64,000 nucleotides of DNA from an uncultured Bacteroidia bacterium (GTDB taxonomy: Bacteria; Bacteroidota; Bacteroidia; Bacteroidales; UBA932): the NCBI GenBank assembly GCA_902774145.1, contig CACYHC010000003.1, positions 16,254-80,253 of the forward strand. The letters run 5' to 3'. The notes under the pieces are model-generated. The model searched no databases, was not told the DNA's origin, and saw only the letters and a program-made list of their open reading frames with translations. Shown one piece after another: positions 53,475 through 63,365 of the stretch (within the stretch, counting starts at the first letter, position 1; each line of letters begins with the position of its first letter). A program made the translations under genes and the position numbers.

Positions 53475-55335
53475 CGCTTTTGTTAAGCGGCTTGCACTGC
53501 TTGCCTGCGCGGCGGGAATCCTTTCCTGCAATGCGGACGACCCGGAGGACCTCGTCCCCCGGGAAAGCGTTTCCGTGTCCCTGGCCCTGCGCGTCGGCGC
53601 CGAAAGACCGGACGCTTCCAAAGGCGACCCTTCTTCCATTACCGAAATGAACGAAACCTTCCGCGGAATGACCGAAATCCTTCTGATTCCCTTCGATGTC
53701 CGCGGATCCATTCAGGAAGGAGACCGGAGCAACGCCGCCGGCTTCTCCCTGCCCGACATCACGTCGGATTATTACGAAACGGCGTACACCGGGGGCTGGT
53801 ATGTTCCGGGACTGATCCTGAACAACCGTTCCCATCTTTTCCCCGGGAGTTGTGTCCAGTTGGCCCGCCAGACGGCGTCCGCCCTGGTTTACGGGAAAGC
53901 GCCGCGCATCCATCGCGAGAACGAAGTGGAAGAGCGGCACCTCAACGGCATTCTGGAAATCAGCGGCATCGAACCCGAAGAAGGCCGGCAGGTCGTGTCG
54001 AACATCCGCTTCTCCCCCGTCAGGATTTTTCCCACCACGCCTCCGGCAGCGGCCTACAGCATCGCCGATATTCTGAGCGAAGTAGCCTCGGCGGCATCTC
54101 AGACGACCTCCTACGCCTACTATGCGAACGGAGTCTGGCGCAGTGGCAGCGTCTCCATCGTATGGAATGAAACCTGCAGCGACGCCCGCCTGAAAGAATA
54201 TTTCAAGTGGTTTACCAACGACGGCAACATTACCGGCGGCTCCGGCATCTCGGCAGAATACCTGCTTTCCTACCTCTACCGCCTGCTCCTGGACTACTCA
54301 AGTTACGATGAGAGCGTCTATGAGCACATTTCCGGCGGGGCGCATTACACCGCTATGAAAGAAGCCGGCGGAAGCGAGCCCCTCACCTACGCCGACCTGT
54401 ACAACGCGCTGCGGGACTACCTGTTGGCCCGCTTCGATCAATTGGTCCTCGACAATAAGATCCGGATCGACGAAGAACATTCCGTGCAATTGAGAAGCAA
54501 TTCGCTGCGGGTTTATCCGGGAAGTTACGGCCTGCCCGAAGGGGCGGCGGCAATACTTTGGAACGGGCTCCGCTTCGAGGTGGCGGACGACACGCTCGAC
54601 GGCGTGGCCCCCATTTCCACCTACTGTTACCCGCCGGACCTGCGTTATTACGCCAACTCTACCTTCAGCACCTCCACTTCCGACAAGGAAGCCAGTTATA
54701 CCAGCGAAAAACCGGATTGGAATGCCATCCTGGCGGATTACCGCGGCGCCAAATCCGTGTACAGCGACACCCGTTCGGTCGCCCTGGACCAGCCGTTGAA
54801 CTACAGTTGCGCGATGCTGCGGACGACCCTGCGATGCACCTCAGAGGAAGTGGGAAGGGGGACGCAGTATCCCCTGACCGGCGTCATCATCGGCGGACAA
54901 AGGCAATTGCGATTCGATTTCAGCCCGCTTACCGGAGAAGAATATTTCCTCTACGACAATTGCGTTTCCGGAATTTACCTTACGCCCGAAACATCGCCTG
55001 TACTGCAGACGCTGGTGTCGCAGACCCTGCCCGGCGAAAACGTCTATTTCTGCCTGGAATTCCGCAATGACAGCGGCGTCTCCTTCTCGGGAGCGGACGG
55101 CAGGATCCTGCCCGGCTGCAAATTCTACCTCGTGGGGCGCATTGAACCGCCGGAGGGCGAAAGCGACGCAAGCATCTTCCGGCGCGACTGCGCCACGAAC
55201 GTCAACTGCCTCGTCTCCTCGCTGAGCGAGGCGCGCAACTCCATCCCGGATCTTGAGCATCCTTCCCTTACCCTGGGCGTCATCGTTACGATGAACTGGA
55301 TGCAGGCCACTTCGTCTTATATCGTGATGTACTGA
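53458..55335 (+). CDS. Minor pilin lipoprotein, paralog of the 50355..52472 product
   Basis: ILSC lipobox; motif series shared with the major pilin (YCYPPDLRYYANS, LTGVIIGGQ, FYLVGRI, PDL..SLTLGV...W). Confidence 0.7.
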   Translation: MTWNCNAFVKRLALLACAAGILSCNADDPEDLVPRESVSVSLALRVGAERPDASKGDPSSITEMNETFRGMTEILLIPFDVRGSIQEGDRSNAAGFSLPDITSDYYETAYTGGWYVPGLILNNRSHLFPGSCVQLARQTASALVYGKAPRIHRENEVEERHLNGILEISGIEPEEGRQVVSNIRFSPVRIFPTTPPAAAYSIADILSEVASAASQTTSYAYYANGVWRSGSVSIVWNETCSDARLKEYFKWFTNDGNITGGSGISAEYLLSYLYRLLLDYSSYDESVYEHISGGAHYTAMKEAGGSEPLTYADLYNALRDYLLARFDQLVLDNKIRIDEEHSVQLRSNSLRVYPGSYGLPEGAAAILWNGLRFEVADDTLDGVAPISTYCYPPDLRYYANSTFSTSTSDKEASYTSEKPDWNAILADYRGAKSVYSDTRSVALDQPLNYSCAMLRTTLRCTSEEVGRGTQYPLTGVIIGGQRQLRFDFSPLTGEEYFLYDNCVSGIYLTPETSPVLQTLVSQTLPGENVYFCLEFRNDSGVSFSGADGRILPGCKFYLVGRIEPPEGESDASIFRRDCATNVNCLVSSLSEARNSIPDLEHPSLTLGVIVTMNWMQATSSYIVMY

Positions 55336-56804
55336 TGAAGGTCCTGCGTCTGCTCATATTGTCCGCCGCCGTGCTGCCGGCCCTCTGGAACTGCCGGGGG
55401 GAGGAAGCGCCCGCCCCGGCCCGGGAGATGGGCATCTACATCGAAGCCCCGGGAGACGGACTTTCCCGTGCGGACGTGGGCGATGTCCCGTCCACAGATG
55501 AGGCGGAGAACCTGCTGCACGATATGAAAATCTGGGTGTTCACCAGTGACGGACACGAGAAAATCGCCGCATTGAACATCGCCCAGAGCCAACTCCCCGT
55601 CGCAGGAAGGACGCGCCGCTATGTGGTTCCCGTCACCAGGGAATTCGCTGCGCAACGGCCCGACGTGGATGTATTCGTCTTTGCGAACGCAGAGGGAATC
55701 GGCAGTTCCCTGAATACGGATTCAGACTGGGATACCGTGAACGATGCTGTGTTCGGCCCGTCGGCTTTCGGCATTTCCATCCCCACGCGGAGCGTGGACC
55801 CGACCTACGGCCTTCCGATGACCGGCGTCGGCAGGGGCCTGCAGATTCACTTGGAAGAGCCCGTACTGCGGGTGGAAACGGTCCGGCTGGTACGCGCGGT
55901 TTCCAAAGTACGCTTCGTTTTCTGCCGGATGCAGGATGACGAACAGCACGATGCCATTTCCGTGGACCGCATTACCCTGAACGGCGGTGTGATTCCCTGG
56001 CAGGAGTATCTCTTTAACGGTTCCCTGCCCTATGCCATCGCACCGGGGGGCTATGACCCCACGCCACTGGTCACCGAAGGGCCGCAGACCCTCGCCCAGA
56101 ATGAAACCCCGGAAAAACTGGTCTATGCAGGGCAGGATGCCCAAAGTTACCAGCGCCTGCTGAGCGAGGCCGTTGCGAACGGCCTTCTGACGGATGCGGG
56201 CACCCTGTATCTGCGCGAGAGTGACAAGATGCTCTCCGGCTATGTGAGTTATACGATCAACGGGGTATCCCACACCCGAAACTTCACGATGGCCAATCCC
56301 GGCGATTTTGCCCGCAACCATACCTGGACCCTGTTCGGCTACTTCCTCAGCGGCCGTAACCTCCAGTTGGCCGTGAATGTTCAGCCCTGGGACTACAACC
56401 TCCATCACGTGGATTTCTCCAACCAGTCCGTCCAGGCGACCCAGTTCGTGGTGGACGATACCACGGCCGACGTCACCGAACCCGAACACGATCACTTTGA
56501 CGTGCGCCTGCGTGCCGGCGTGACCGCCAAAGGACATCTATATATCACCACGCCGGTCAGCGGGAAACTGATGATCCGGCCCATCGGTGACGCCTCCTCC
56601 TTCATCGTCAGCCCGGATATCGCCGACATCGACCCCACGGCCAATTCCGGCCGCATCGATATCGACATCCGCCGCAATCCCGACGCCGAAGGCGACCAGA
56701 CCGGAAAGTACATCACCCTTTCCTTTACCGTCGAATCCGGCGAACGGGAAATCGACGCGAATTCGGAAATCCTCAATGGAAAAGTCTATCGGTTTATCCT
56801 GTGA
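55335..56804 (+). CDS. Pilin-like lipoprotein with extra C-terminal Ig-like domain
   Basis: LWNC lipobox, LSR|A, LPMTG..., VRLVRAVSKVRFVF, FARNHTWTL, LAVNVQPWD, then ~135 more aa. Confidence 0.65.
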   Translation: MKVLRLLILSAAVLPALWNCRGEEAPAPAREMGIYIEAPGDGLSRADVGDVPSTDEAENLLHDMKIWVFTSDGHEKIAALNIAQSQLPVAGRTRRYVVPVTREFAAQRPDVDVFVFANAEGIGSSLNTDSDWDTVNDAVFGPSAFGISIPTRSVDPTYGLPMTGVGRGLQIHLEEPVLRVETVRLVRAVSKVRFVFCRMQDDEQHDAISVDRITLNGGVIPWQEYLFNGSLPYAIAPGGYDPTPLVTEGPQTLAQNETPEKLVYAGQDAQSYQRLLSEAVANGLLTDAGTLYLRESDKMLSGYVSYTINGVSHTRNFTMANPGDFARNHTWTLFGYFLSGRNLQLAVNVQPWDYNLHHVDFSNQSVQATQFVVDDTTADVTEPEHDHFDVRLRAGVTAKGHLYITTPVSGKLMIRPIGDASSFIVSPDIADIDPTANSGRIDIDIRRNPDAEGDQTGKYITLSFTVESGEREIDANSEILNGKVYRFIL

Positions 56805-59197
56805 TGCGCCGCCTTTCATATCTGCTGGCCCTGCTGCTGTTGCTGCCCGTCTCCTGCACGAAAGAGACGGAAGGGAACGGTTATGACGGACCGTACATTT
56901 CACTGGACGTCTACTGCAACGATCCGGAGGAAAGCCGGGCCGGGGGCGACGGCGTACGCGAAGGGACGGACCGTTACAACGAGAACCTGATCGTGGACGT
57001 GGACTTTTTCTTCTGGCCCGTGGGCGCCGAGGATGAAGACGCCACCTTCCACGTACACCGCAGTTCAGGCAACCGCCGCAGCGACGTATTCCGTATCGAA
57101 CTGACCTCCGAGGACATCAACAATCGCATCTTCCCCTCCTATCCGTCCGACATCCGGCAATCCCGCGTGATGGCAGTCGCCAACTATCCCGGCACTCTGG
57201 TTGCGGATGAGGAAGACCTGTCCGGCACTTCACTTGCGGAACTGGAAGCGCGACTGGTCACCAGCGACTTCGTTTCCCCCGCAGACCACAAACAGTCCTC
57301 CTTTATGATGAGCGGAAGTACCGTCATCGACCTGCGCGGCCGCACCCAGATTATGGCGGCGACCGGGACCATCGCCCTGGCGCGTTACGCCTGCAAGATG
57401 ACCGTCGGCGTCAACGTGGCCGAGGAGGTGACCCTGCCCAACGGAGAAGTCTGGCATCCGATGCTCGAGGGGATGGAAATCTACCTCGTCAATGCGGTGC
57501 GCAGCGTCAAATTGGGCGGCGAGGATGAACAGCCCGTCTATTTCTCCTACTCGGGCAACAAGAAAAAGTTTGTCTACAAAGATCTGGAAGGCCATTATAT
57601 TCCGTACGTGGATATGGACGGGGATTACTACAACACCTATCCGATGTATATGTATCCCCAGCACTGGACCTACGGCTCCAACGAAGGCTACGACAAGGAG
57701 CCTTACCTGAAACTCGTCGTCCCCTGGGCAAGGAGCGCGGAAGGAGATTACTCCTCCACCCAGAAGCAGTTCTACTACAAAATCGTTATGCCGGATGACA
57801 AACGGGACGGCTTCAAGCGCTGTTTCGCCAGGAACAACTGGTACCATATCAACATCGACGTGGGCATTCTCGGGGCGGAAACCGACGAGGCTTCCGTTAC
57901 CATTTACAGCGGCTCCTGCTACTGCGTGTACTGGCAGGACAAGAACGTGGTCATCAAGCAGGCGGAAATCGGCAACGCCCGTTACCTGTCCGTGGACAAG
58001 GAGCACTATGAACTGTACAATGTCCCCTCCGTCAACATCCGCTATACCACGAGCCACCCGGCCGTCATCAAGGAGGGCAGCATCCGTGTGACGCGTCCCT
58101 ACTATGGCGAGAGCGGCGCAGGCACCGAGACCCTCGGCGGCATCGTGCGCAAGGCCGGGAAAAACGACATCTATGCGGAAGGGAAACTGTATCTGGACTA
58201 TCCGGAAAGTTACCGCAGGGCGCTGTCGGAGGACGGTCGCGACTGGTTTGACAACAACGGTATCGCCATCATCTTCCACCATCCGCTGAACAACGACTAT
58301 GTCAGCAAGATGTTCGACTATTCGCCCTATAACGTCTCGTTCTCCCTGGTACACGAGGACCGGCCGGACGATGACCGTTTCCGCAAGGACATCACCCTGC
58401 TGCAGCGCCCGGCCGTCTACATCGAGGCCACACCGAATTCGGACAGTACCGTAGTGTTTGTCAGGAACGGTTCTGCTAACCGGAAAATCTACAAATCCGA
58501 TTATTGGGGCTATGTCTATGTGGACAACCAGCATCTGGTACGCCGCAGCGAGGCGGAGTTGAATGAGTTCCAGGACCTCGCGGACAGCCTCGGCTACACC
58601 CTCGAGGAGTATCACTGGCGCGCCATCTGGTACACCGGCGGAAGCCGCGACATCTTCAACATCTGCGTGACGGTGCTGCCCGCCGGATCGGATCTCGTCA
58701 TCGGGGACCCGCGCATCGACGGGGTAGACAACCTGCGCGACGACTGGCACGAAGCCCCCGCACTCTACGGTCCTTCCCCGCGGCGGCTGCGCTGGTATAA
58801 GCCGACGGAAGCGTCGGACCGCACCGAATTTATGCTGGCGCCCAGTTACCGGATTGCCTCCAAGCACGGTGGTATCGAATTCGGTAACCTGAATTTCGAA
58901 CAAGCGAAGTGGCGTTGCGCCGCCTATCAGGAGGACGGTTTCCCGGCCGGACGCTGGCGGTTGCCGACCAAGGGAGAAATCAAATTTATCTCCCAGTTGT
59001 CCGCCAACAAGATTTTCACCTATCTGTTCTCGAACTCCGTGTACTGGTCTGCCAACGGAGCGATTTCGGTATCGGACGGCACCGTGAAAGACAGTGACAG
59101 CAAAAACGCACTGACCCGTTGCGTCTATGACAGTTGGTACTGGGGGAACGAACAGACGGAACCGCGCACACAGTTTTATTGGGGAGATATGGAATGA
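56801..59197 (+). CDS. Tip pilin with C-terminal C-type-lectin-like (DUF1566/Fib_succ-like) domain
   Basis: PVSC lipobox, ESR|A, ALARYACKMTV, FARNNWYHINI; C-terminal RCAAYQEDGFPAGRWRLPT.GE...YWS...RCVYD. Confidence 0.7.
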   Translation: MMRRLSYLLALLLLLPVSCTKETEGNGYDGPYISLDVYCNDPEESRAGGDGVREGTDRYNENLIVDVDFFFWPVGAEDEDATFHVHRSSGNRRSDVFRIELTSEDINNRIFPSYPSDIRQSRVMAVANYPGTLVADEEDLSGTSLAELEARLVTSDFVSPADHKQSSFMMSGSTVIDLRGRTQIMAATGTIALARYACKMTVGVNVAEEVTLPNGEVWHPMLEGMEIYLVNAVRSVKLGGEDEQPVYFSYSGNKKKFVYKDLEGHYIPYVDMDGDYYNTYPMYMYPQHWTYGSNEGYDKEPYLKLVVPWARSAEGDYSSTQKQFYYKIVMPDDKRDGFKRCFARNNWYHINIDVGILGAETDEASVTIYSGSCYCVYWQDKNVVIKQAEIGNARYLSVDKEHYELYNVPSVNIRYTTSHPAVIKEGSIRVTRPYYGESGAGTETLGGIVRKAGKNDIYAEGKLYLDYPESYRRALSEDGRDWFDNNGIAIIFHHPLNNDYVSKMFDYSPYNVSFSLVHEDRPDDDRFRKDITLLQRPAVYIEATPNSDSTVVFVRNGSANRKIYKSDYWGYVYVDNQHLVRRSEAELNEFQDLADSLGYTLEEYHWRAIWYTGGSRDIFNICVTVLPAGSDLVIGDPRIDGVDNLRDDWHEAPALYGPSPRRLRWYKPTEASDRTEFMLAPSYRIASKHGGIEFGNLNFEQAKWRCAAYQEDGFPAGRWRLPTKGEIKFISQLSANKIFTYLFSNSVYWSANGAISVSDGTVKDSDSKNALTRCVYDSWYWGNEQTEPRTQFYWGDME

Positions 59198-62100
59198 AAA
59201 GGTTGCTCTGCATACTTGCAGGCCTGCTCCTGCCGCTTTTCTCCTGCGTCCGCGAGACGCCGGAGCGGGGCGGCGACGGCATTCCCTTCCCCGAAGGTGA
59301 AAAGATGACGGTGAATTTTTCCGTCTACGGCGACATCCCGGGCGACGGACCGTCCCGCGCCCTGAGCGAAAAAGAAGAACTGGAAAACCTGTATATCGCT
59401 GTATTCGGCAGTTCCGGCTACCTGAAAGAATACGTCCAGGCCACCCTGACGGAAAAAGTGGACACGGTCTGGAATTTCTCGGTCACGCTTACGCTTTCCG
59501 ACAGTCCCCGTATCCTTCACTTCATCGGGAACGGCCCCGAGACCCTGCCCTTCGGCTATGTGGATGCAGTGATGCCCAGCCTGCTCTCCGAGCGCGAAAA
59601 GGGCGCCTACTGGCAGATGAAGACGCTGGACGGCATCCGCGCCCGCAAGAGCACGACGGAATACACGGACGCCGCGGGCAACCGGGTCTACCCGGGAGAC
59701 TATATTGACAAGGACGCCAAGAAAATCATCAACGGCAAGGGCTACATCCCCGATGATGAGACCGCCGCCGCCTTCGTCGCCATCCCGATGGTGCGGAACT
59801 GGGCCAAGATTGTCGTCACCGGCGAGAACCCGGATTCCAGTTACTTTACCCCGTACAGTTACGCGGTGGTCAATGTGCCCTCGCGAGGAACGGTCGTCCC
59901 GCATTGCGCGGCCACCGGATTCATCGCCAACTACCATACCCTGGGCTTCGACGAGCTGGAGAGGATGCACTATGCGGCCAACCTGCCTCCGGGTACGACC
60001 TTCGACGAGAGAGTCCCCACGGCGGAGGATTTTGTCAACTGCACCGGCGGCGTAGCGGCGGCCGGGACTTCGTCGGGTGTCTACCTGTATGAACGGCCGG
60101 TGCCTTCGAGCAGCATTCCGCCCACATATATCATTATGTTCGGGCATTACCGGAATCCGGACGACCTCGAACACGAAGGAGATTATTTCTACAAGGTAGA
60201 CCTGATGGTGGACGCCGACTACTACCCGGTATTCCGCAATTTCAAATACCAGGTCATCGTCCGGAAGATCCTATCGCAGGGCCACCACACGCCGGTAGCG
60301 GCCGCAGCGGCGGCAGGAAGCGCAGACGTCTCCGCCGACATCACGACAAGCCACCTGACCGACATTTCCGACGGCCACGGGCGCCTGGTCATCCAGCCCT
60401 GGATCTCTCATACCTTCTCCGAGGCGCAGACGGACAACGTCCTCTTCCACGCCTACCTGATGAGCGATATCTACCACGAAACGGTCGATATGAACGCCGC
60501 TTCCGTTACGGTGGAAAAACTGCCGATGGCCTACGGCTCAGAAGACCTCATCACGGAACTTTCGATTGACCCGCCGTCGACCGAACAGGGCTCCGTAGGC
60601 TGGAGGACGATCCATTTTTCCACCCGCGATCCCGGAACTACAAGCCGTAGCCAGACCATCCGGGTCACGGGACGTCACGAGTTCGGGCGCCTGTACCGCG
60701 ACATCGTGATTACCATCCAGCCCATCCAGCCGATGAAGGTGGAATGCGCCGCCAAGCGCATCGCTGCAGAGCAGGGTACGCCCCAAATCGTCCATATCAG
60801 CATTCCGGACGGCCTGGTGCAGTCGATGTTCCCGCTGCTTTTCAATATCGAACCGGAAGACCGGACCCTGAGCCCGGACGGCAGTATGGCGAACAATAAC
60901 CTCCCGGTGGAAAGCGGCCCCTCTATTTCCGAGCACGAATCCTATGCGGGAAGGCCTTCCTATCACTTTGTATACACCCTATCCTGGGAGGAGTACCGCA
61001 CCCTCACCCTCAAGCAGGACGATGACGACAATTACTGGCGCACCTTCTCCTGCTACTTCAAGAGCAACCGCCGCGAGAGCGCCACGACGGTTTGGGTAAC
61101 GAACGAGTATTTTGAAACGGCTTCCGATTCCTTCAGCAACTACCGTTCTTCGATGACCTTCCGCAACCTGAATTTTCTGGATGCCATTCCGCTGGCGGAG
61201 GACGCCACCGTCTCCGTCCAGTTTACGGTGGATGAAGACCCTGACCTTTCCTATCCGGAAGATTATCCTATGATCCAACTCCGCCCGCAGGGGATGCTCC
61301 CGGTTTCCGAGGAGTTGATTCCCGGGCCGGTCAGCGGCACCTGGGTCTTCAAGCCGGAAGCGGCCACCGTCACCCTGGAATTCGTCACCATCACGGACGA
61401 CGGGGACCTGCTACTGGAACTGTCGGCGGAAGAGTATCAGACAAAGACGCTCCGGACGCACTATTTTACGCGTGCCGGATTCGTCAACGGGCACCAACTC
61501 ACCAACACCTCTTCCTGGTCCAATGTCGTCTGCGGCCGCGTGAATTCCGATGCGAACAAGACCGTCCTGTTCGGTTATTGCGACGATCCGCAGGCCCTGA
61601 ACGTTCCCGTCACGGTTACCGGTCCCGACGGGGAACTGCTCATCCAGGCAAACGCAAAGACAACCCGCGCCGGCATCTATGCCACCAAGCCGTCCGCCTT
61701 CCCTTACGCCCCGACCGGCCCGCGCGGACAGTATGGCCTTTCCACCTACCACGAAATCGAGTTCAAGACCACATCGTCAAAGAATTATAATCCCGTGGAG
61801 TTCACCCTTTCCGCTCCGGGGTACGTCGTCGAGCACTTCCGTACGGGGCGCCTGAACGGAAATATCTACACGCAACAGTTGACCACCGGCAATGTCATAA
61901 AACCCGGAAACAGCTATGGGTTCACCGTGGACAACCCGCAGTTCACCTACCCGATGGAGACCAAGACTTATCCCCATAATATGACGGTCAGTTTCAGCAA
62001 CATCAGCGAAATCCGCAGTGCATACCCCGCGGGAATAATGATTCCGGCCGGGGAGAGTTGCACGGTGAACGTGGAGAGTACCCGCAACGACTGTTATCCC

Positions 62101-62346
62101 TGCTACATCGAATTCACCATTCAAGCCAGGGTGAACTGGAACAGCGTCCGCCAGAACCTGTGTCCCGCCTCCGGAACGACCGAATCCGGCACTTTCGAGG
62201 CTTATCCGGGCAATGATACACAGTATCTTTGGTTCATTCCCGAACATACCCATTCAGCGAGTATCACCCTTACGGCCAAAGACGCTTGTCCCATCTGCAT
62301 CAGCGGAATGGTCCTGAAGACCTATCGCGGGTCGTTCTACGATTAG
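59194..62346 (+). CDS. Large tip pilin/adhesin lipoprotein (1050 aa)
   Basis: Start at ATG 59194 (ATGA overlap), LFSC lipobox, PSR|A, IPMVRNWAKI, YLYERP, FYKVDL...RNFKYQV pilin motifs, long C-terminal extension. Confidence 0.7.
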   Translation: MKRLLCILAGLLLPLFSCVRETPERGGDGIPFPEGEKMTVNFSVYGDIPGDGPSRALSEKEELENLYIAVFGSSGYLKEYVQATLTEKVDTVWNFSVTLTLSDSPRILHFIGNGPETLPFGYVDAVMPSLLSEREKGAYWQMKTLDGIRARKSTTEYTDAAGNRVYPGDYIDKDAKKIINGKGYIPDDETAAAFVAIPMVRNWAKIVVTGENPDSSYFTPYSYAVVNVPSRGTVVPHCAATGFIANYHTLGFDELERMHYAANLPPGTTFDERVPTAEDFVNCTGGVAAAGTSSGVYLYERPVPSSSIPPTYIIMFGHYRNPDDLEHEGDYFYKVDLMVDADYYPVFRNFKYQVIVRKILSQGHHTPVAAAAAAGSADVSADITTSHLTDISDGHGRLVIQPWISHTFSEAQTDNVLFHAYLMSDIYHETVDMNAASVTVEKLPMAYGSEDLITELSIDPPSTEQGSVGWRTIHFSTRDPGTTSRSQTIRVTGRHEFGRLYRDIVITIQPIQPMKVECAAKRIAAEQGTPQIVHISIPDGLVQSMFPLLFNIEPEDRTLSPDGSMANNNLPVESGPSISEHESYAGRPSYHFVYTLSWEEYRTLTLKQDDDDNYWRTFSCYFKSNRRESATTVWVTNEYFETASDSFSNYRSSMTFRNLNFLDAIPLAEDATVSVQFTVDEDPDLSYPEDYPMIQLRPQGMLPVSEELIPGPVSGTWVFKPEAATVTLEFVTITDDGDLLLELSAEEYQTKTLRTHYFTRAGFVNGHQLTNTSSWSNVVCGRVNSDANKTVLFGYCDDPQALNVPVTVTGPDGELLIQANAKTTRAGIYATKPSAFPYAPTGPRGQYGLSTYHEIEFKTTSSKNYNPVEFTLSAPGYVVEHFRTGRLNGNIYTQQLTTGNVIKPGNSYGFTVDNPQFTYPMETKTYPHNMTVSFSNISEIRSAYPAGIMIPAGESCTVNVESTRNDCYPCYIEFTIQARVNWNSVRQNLCPASGTTESGTFEAYPGNDTQYLWFIPEHTHSASITLTAKDACPICISGMVLKTYRGSFYD

Positions 62347-62402
62347 TACATTTTTTATCAAAAATATGTATCTTTATCGTTTGGATGGAAATCTGCGAGA
62401 CT

Positions 62403-63353
62403 ATGAAAAAAATTGCAATACTTCTGGCGGCCTGCGTGGCTGCGCTGTGTGTTTCCTGTAAGAAAGCGGAAGATCCGGAGCGGATTCAGTTCCGTATCGA
62501 CGGAGACGGTTCTTTTGCCCGGATTGAACTCGCGGAGAGCGTGAATGCCCGCCTGGTGGCGGAGGCGCCGCGGAAAATCAGCGACCTGTACCTTTCGATG
62601 GGCTTGGGCGAATACAATTCGATTGCCAACCAGTACATCGGCATCGAAAGCAACAAGGGTACGGCCAAGAAGAATTCCGTGTTCGACCTGATCCGCGACC
62701 CGAAGGCCATCGCCTTTGTCAAGGCCCTGGGCGTCGAGGCCGGGGCGGACCTGGCGGGGCAGACCAGCGTGACGCTGGATGTCAAGAAGGTCATTATGGC
62801 CCTGCTGGAAGGGCAGCCCATCCAGAACGACCAGACCTTTGCCGCCATTGTGGGGGTGCAGGACCAGACCGGCGCCGTGGACAACGCCAACCTGACTTTC
62901 CACTTCACCAGCGCCCCGGAAATCTCCTGGCCGAAGAATCCGAATTTCGAAACCGTCAACCTGGACCGGATGAAACGCGAACCGGAGGGGTCCGACCTGT
63001 TCCGGATTGCCGTCAGGGCACCGGGCAAGATTGCCTCGCTGGTCATTTCCCTGGACGAAAAGACGGCGGATCCCGGGCTGAAGAATTGGGTTGTCAACCG
63101 GGTCTCGGGCACGCGTCCCATCATTTCCCTCCACGACGACCTTTACGCCAGCGAGAATTTCAAAAACTGGTTCCCCACGAAGGCGCAGCTGCTGGGCGCG
63201 GAGGTGGCGGCGCTGAACTTCATCTTCGTCAGTGAAAACGTGCCGGATTATTCGGCAGACGAAACCACCAATGTATTCACCATTACCGTAACGGACAGTT
63301 TCGGCAAGAAGGCGGAAGCCCAGGCCAAGTTCCACGTGCCGGCGAAAGAGTGA
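62403..63353 (+). CDS. Hypothetical lipoprotein with two tandem beta-sandwich-like domains
   Basis: MKKIAILLAACVAALCVSC from ATG 62403; repeated pattern AEAPRKISDL...VGVQDQTG / VRAPGKIASL...ITVTDSFG. Confidence 0.7.
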   Translation: MKKIAILLAACVAALCVSCKKAEDPERIQFRIDGDGSFARIELAESVNARLVAEAPRKISDLYLSMGLGEYNSIANQYIGIESNKGTAKKNSVFDLIRDPKAIAFVKALGVEAGADLAGQTSVTLDVKKVIMALLEGQPIQNDQTFAAIVGVQDQTGAVDNANLTFHFTSAPEISWPKNPNFETVNLDRMKREPEGSDLFRIAVRAPGKIASLVISLDEKTADPGLKNWVVNRVSGTRPIISLHDDLYASENFKNWFPTKAQLLGAEVAALNFIFVSENVPDYSADETTNVFTITVTDSFGKKAEAQAKFHVPAKE

Positions 63354-63365
63354 TAAAGGCAAGCC

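Noticed and set aside
59134-62402. ORF-track N-terminal extensions (59134, 62229; also 12473, 14890, 25610, 31712, 36572, 38395)
   Set aside because: Downstream ATGs give proper signal peptides, ATGA coupling or fit with promoter positions; the extensions overlap neighbouring genes or promoters.
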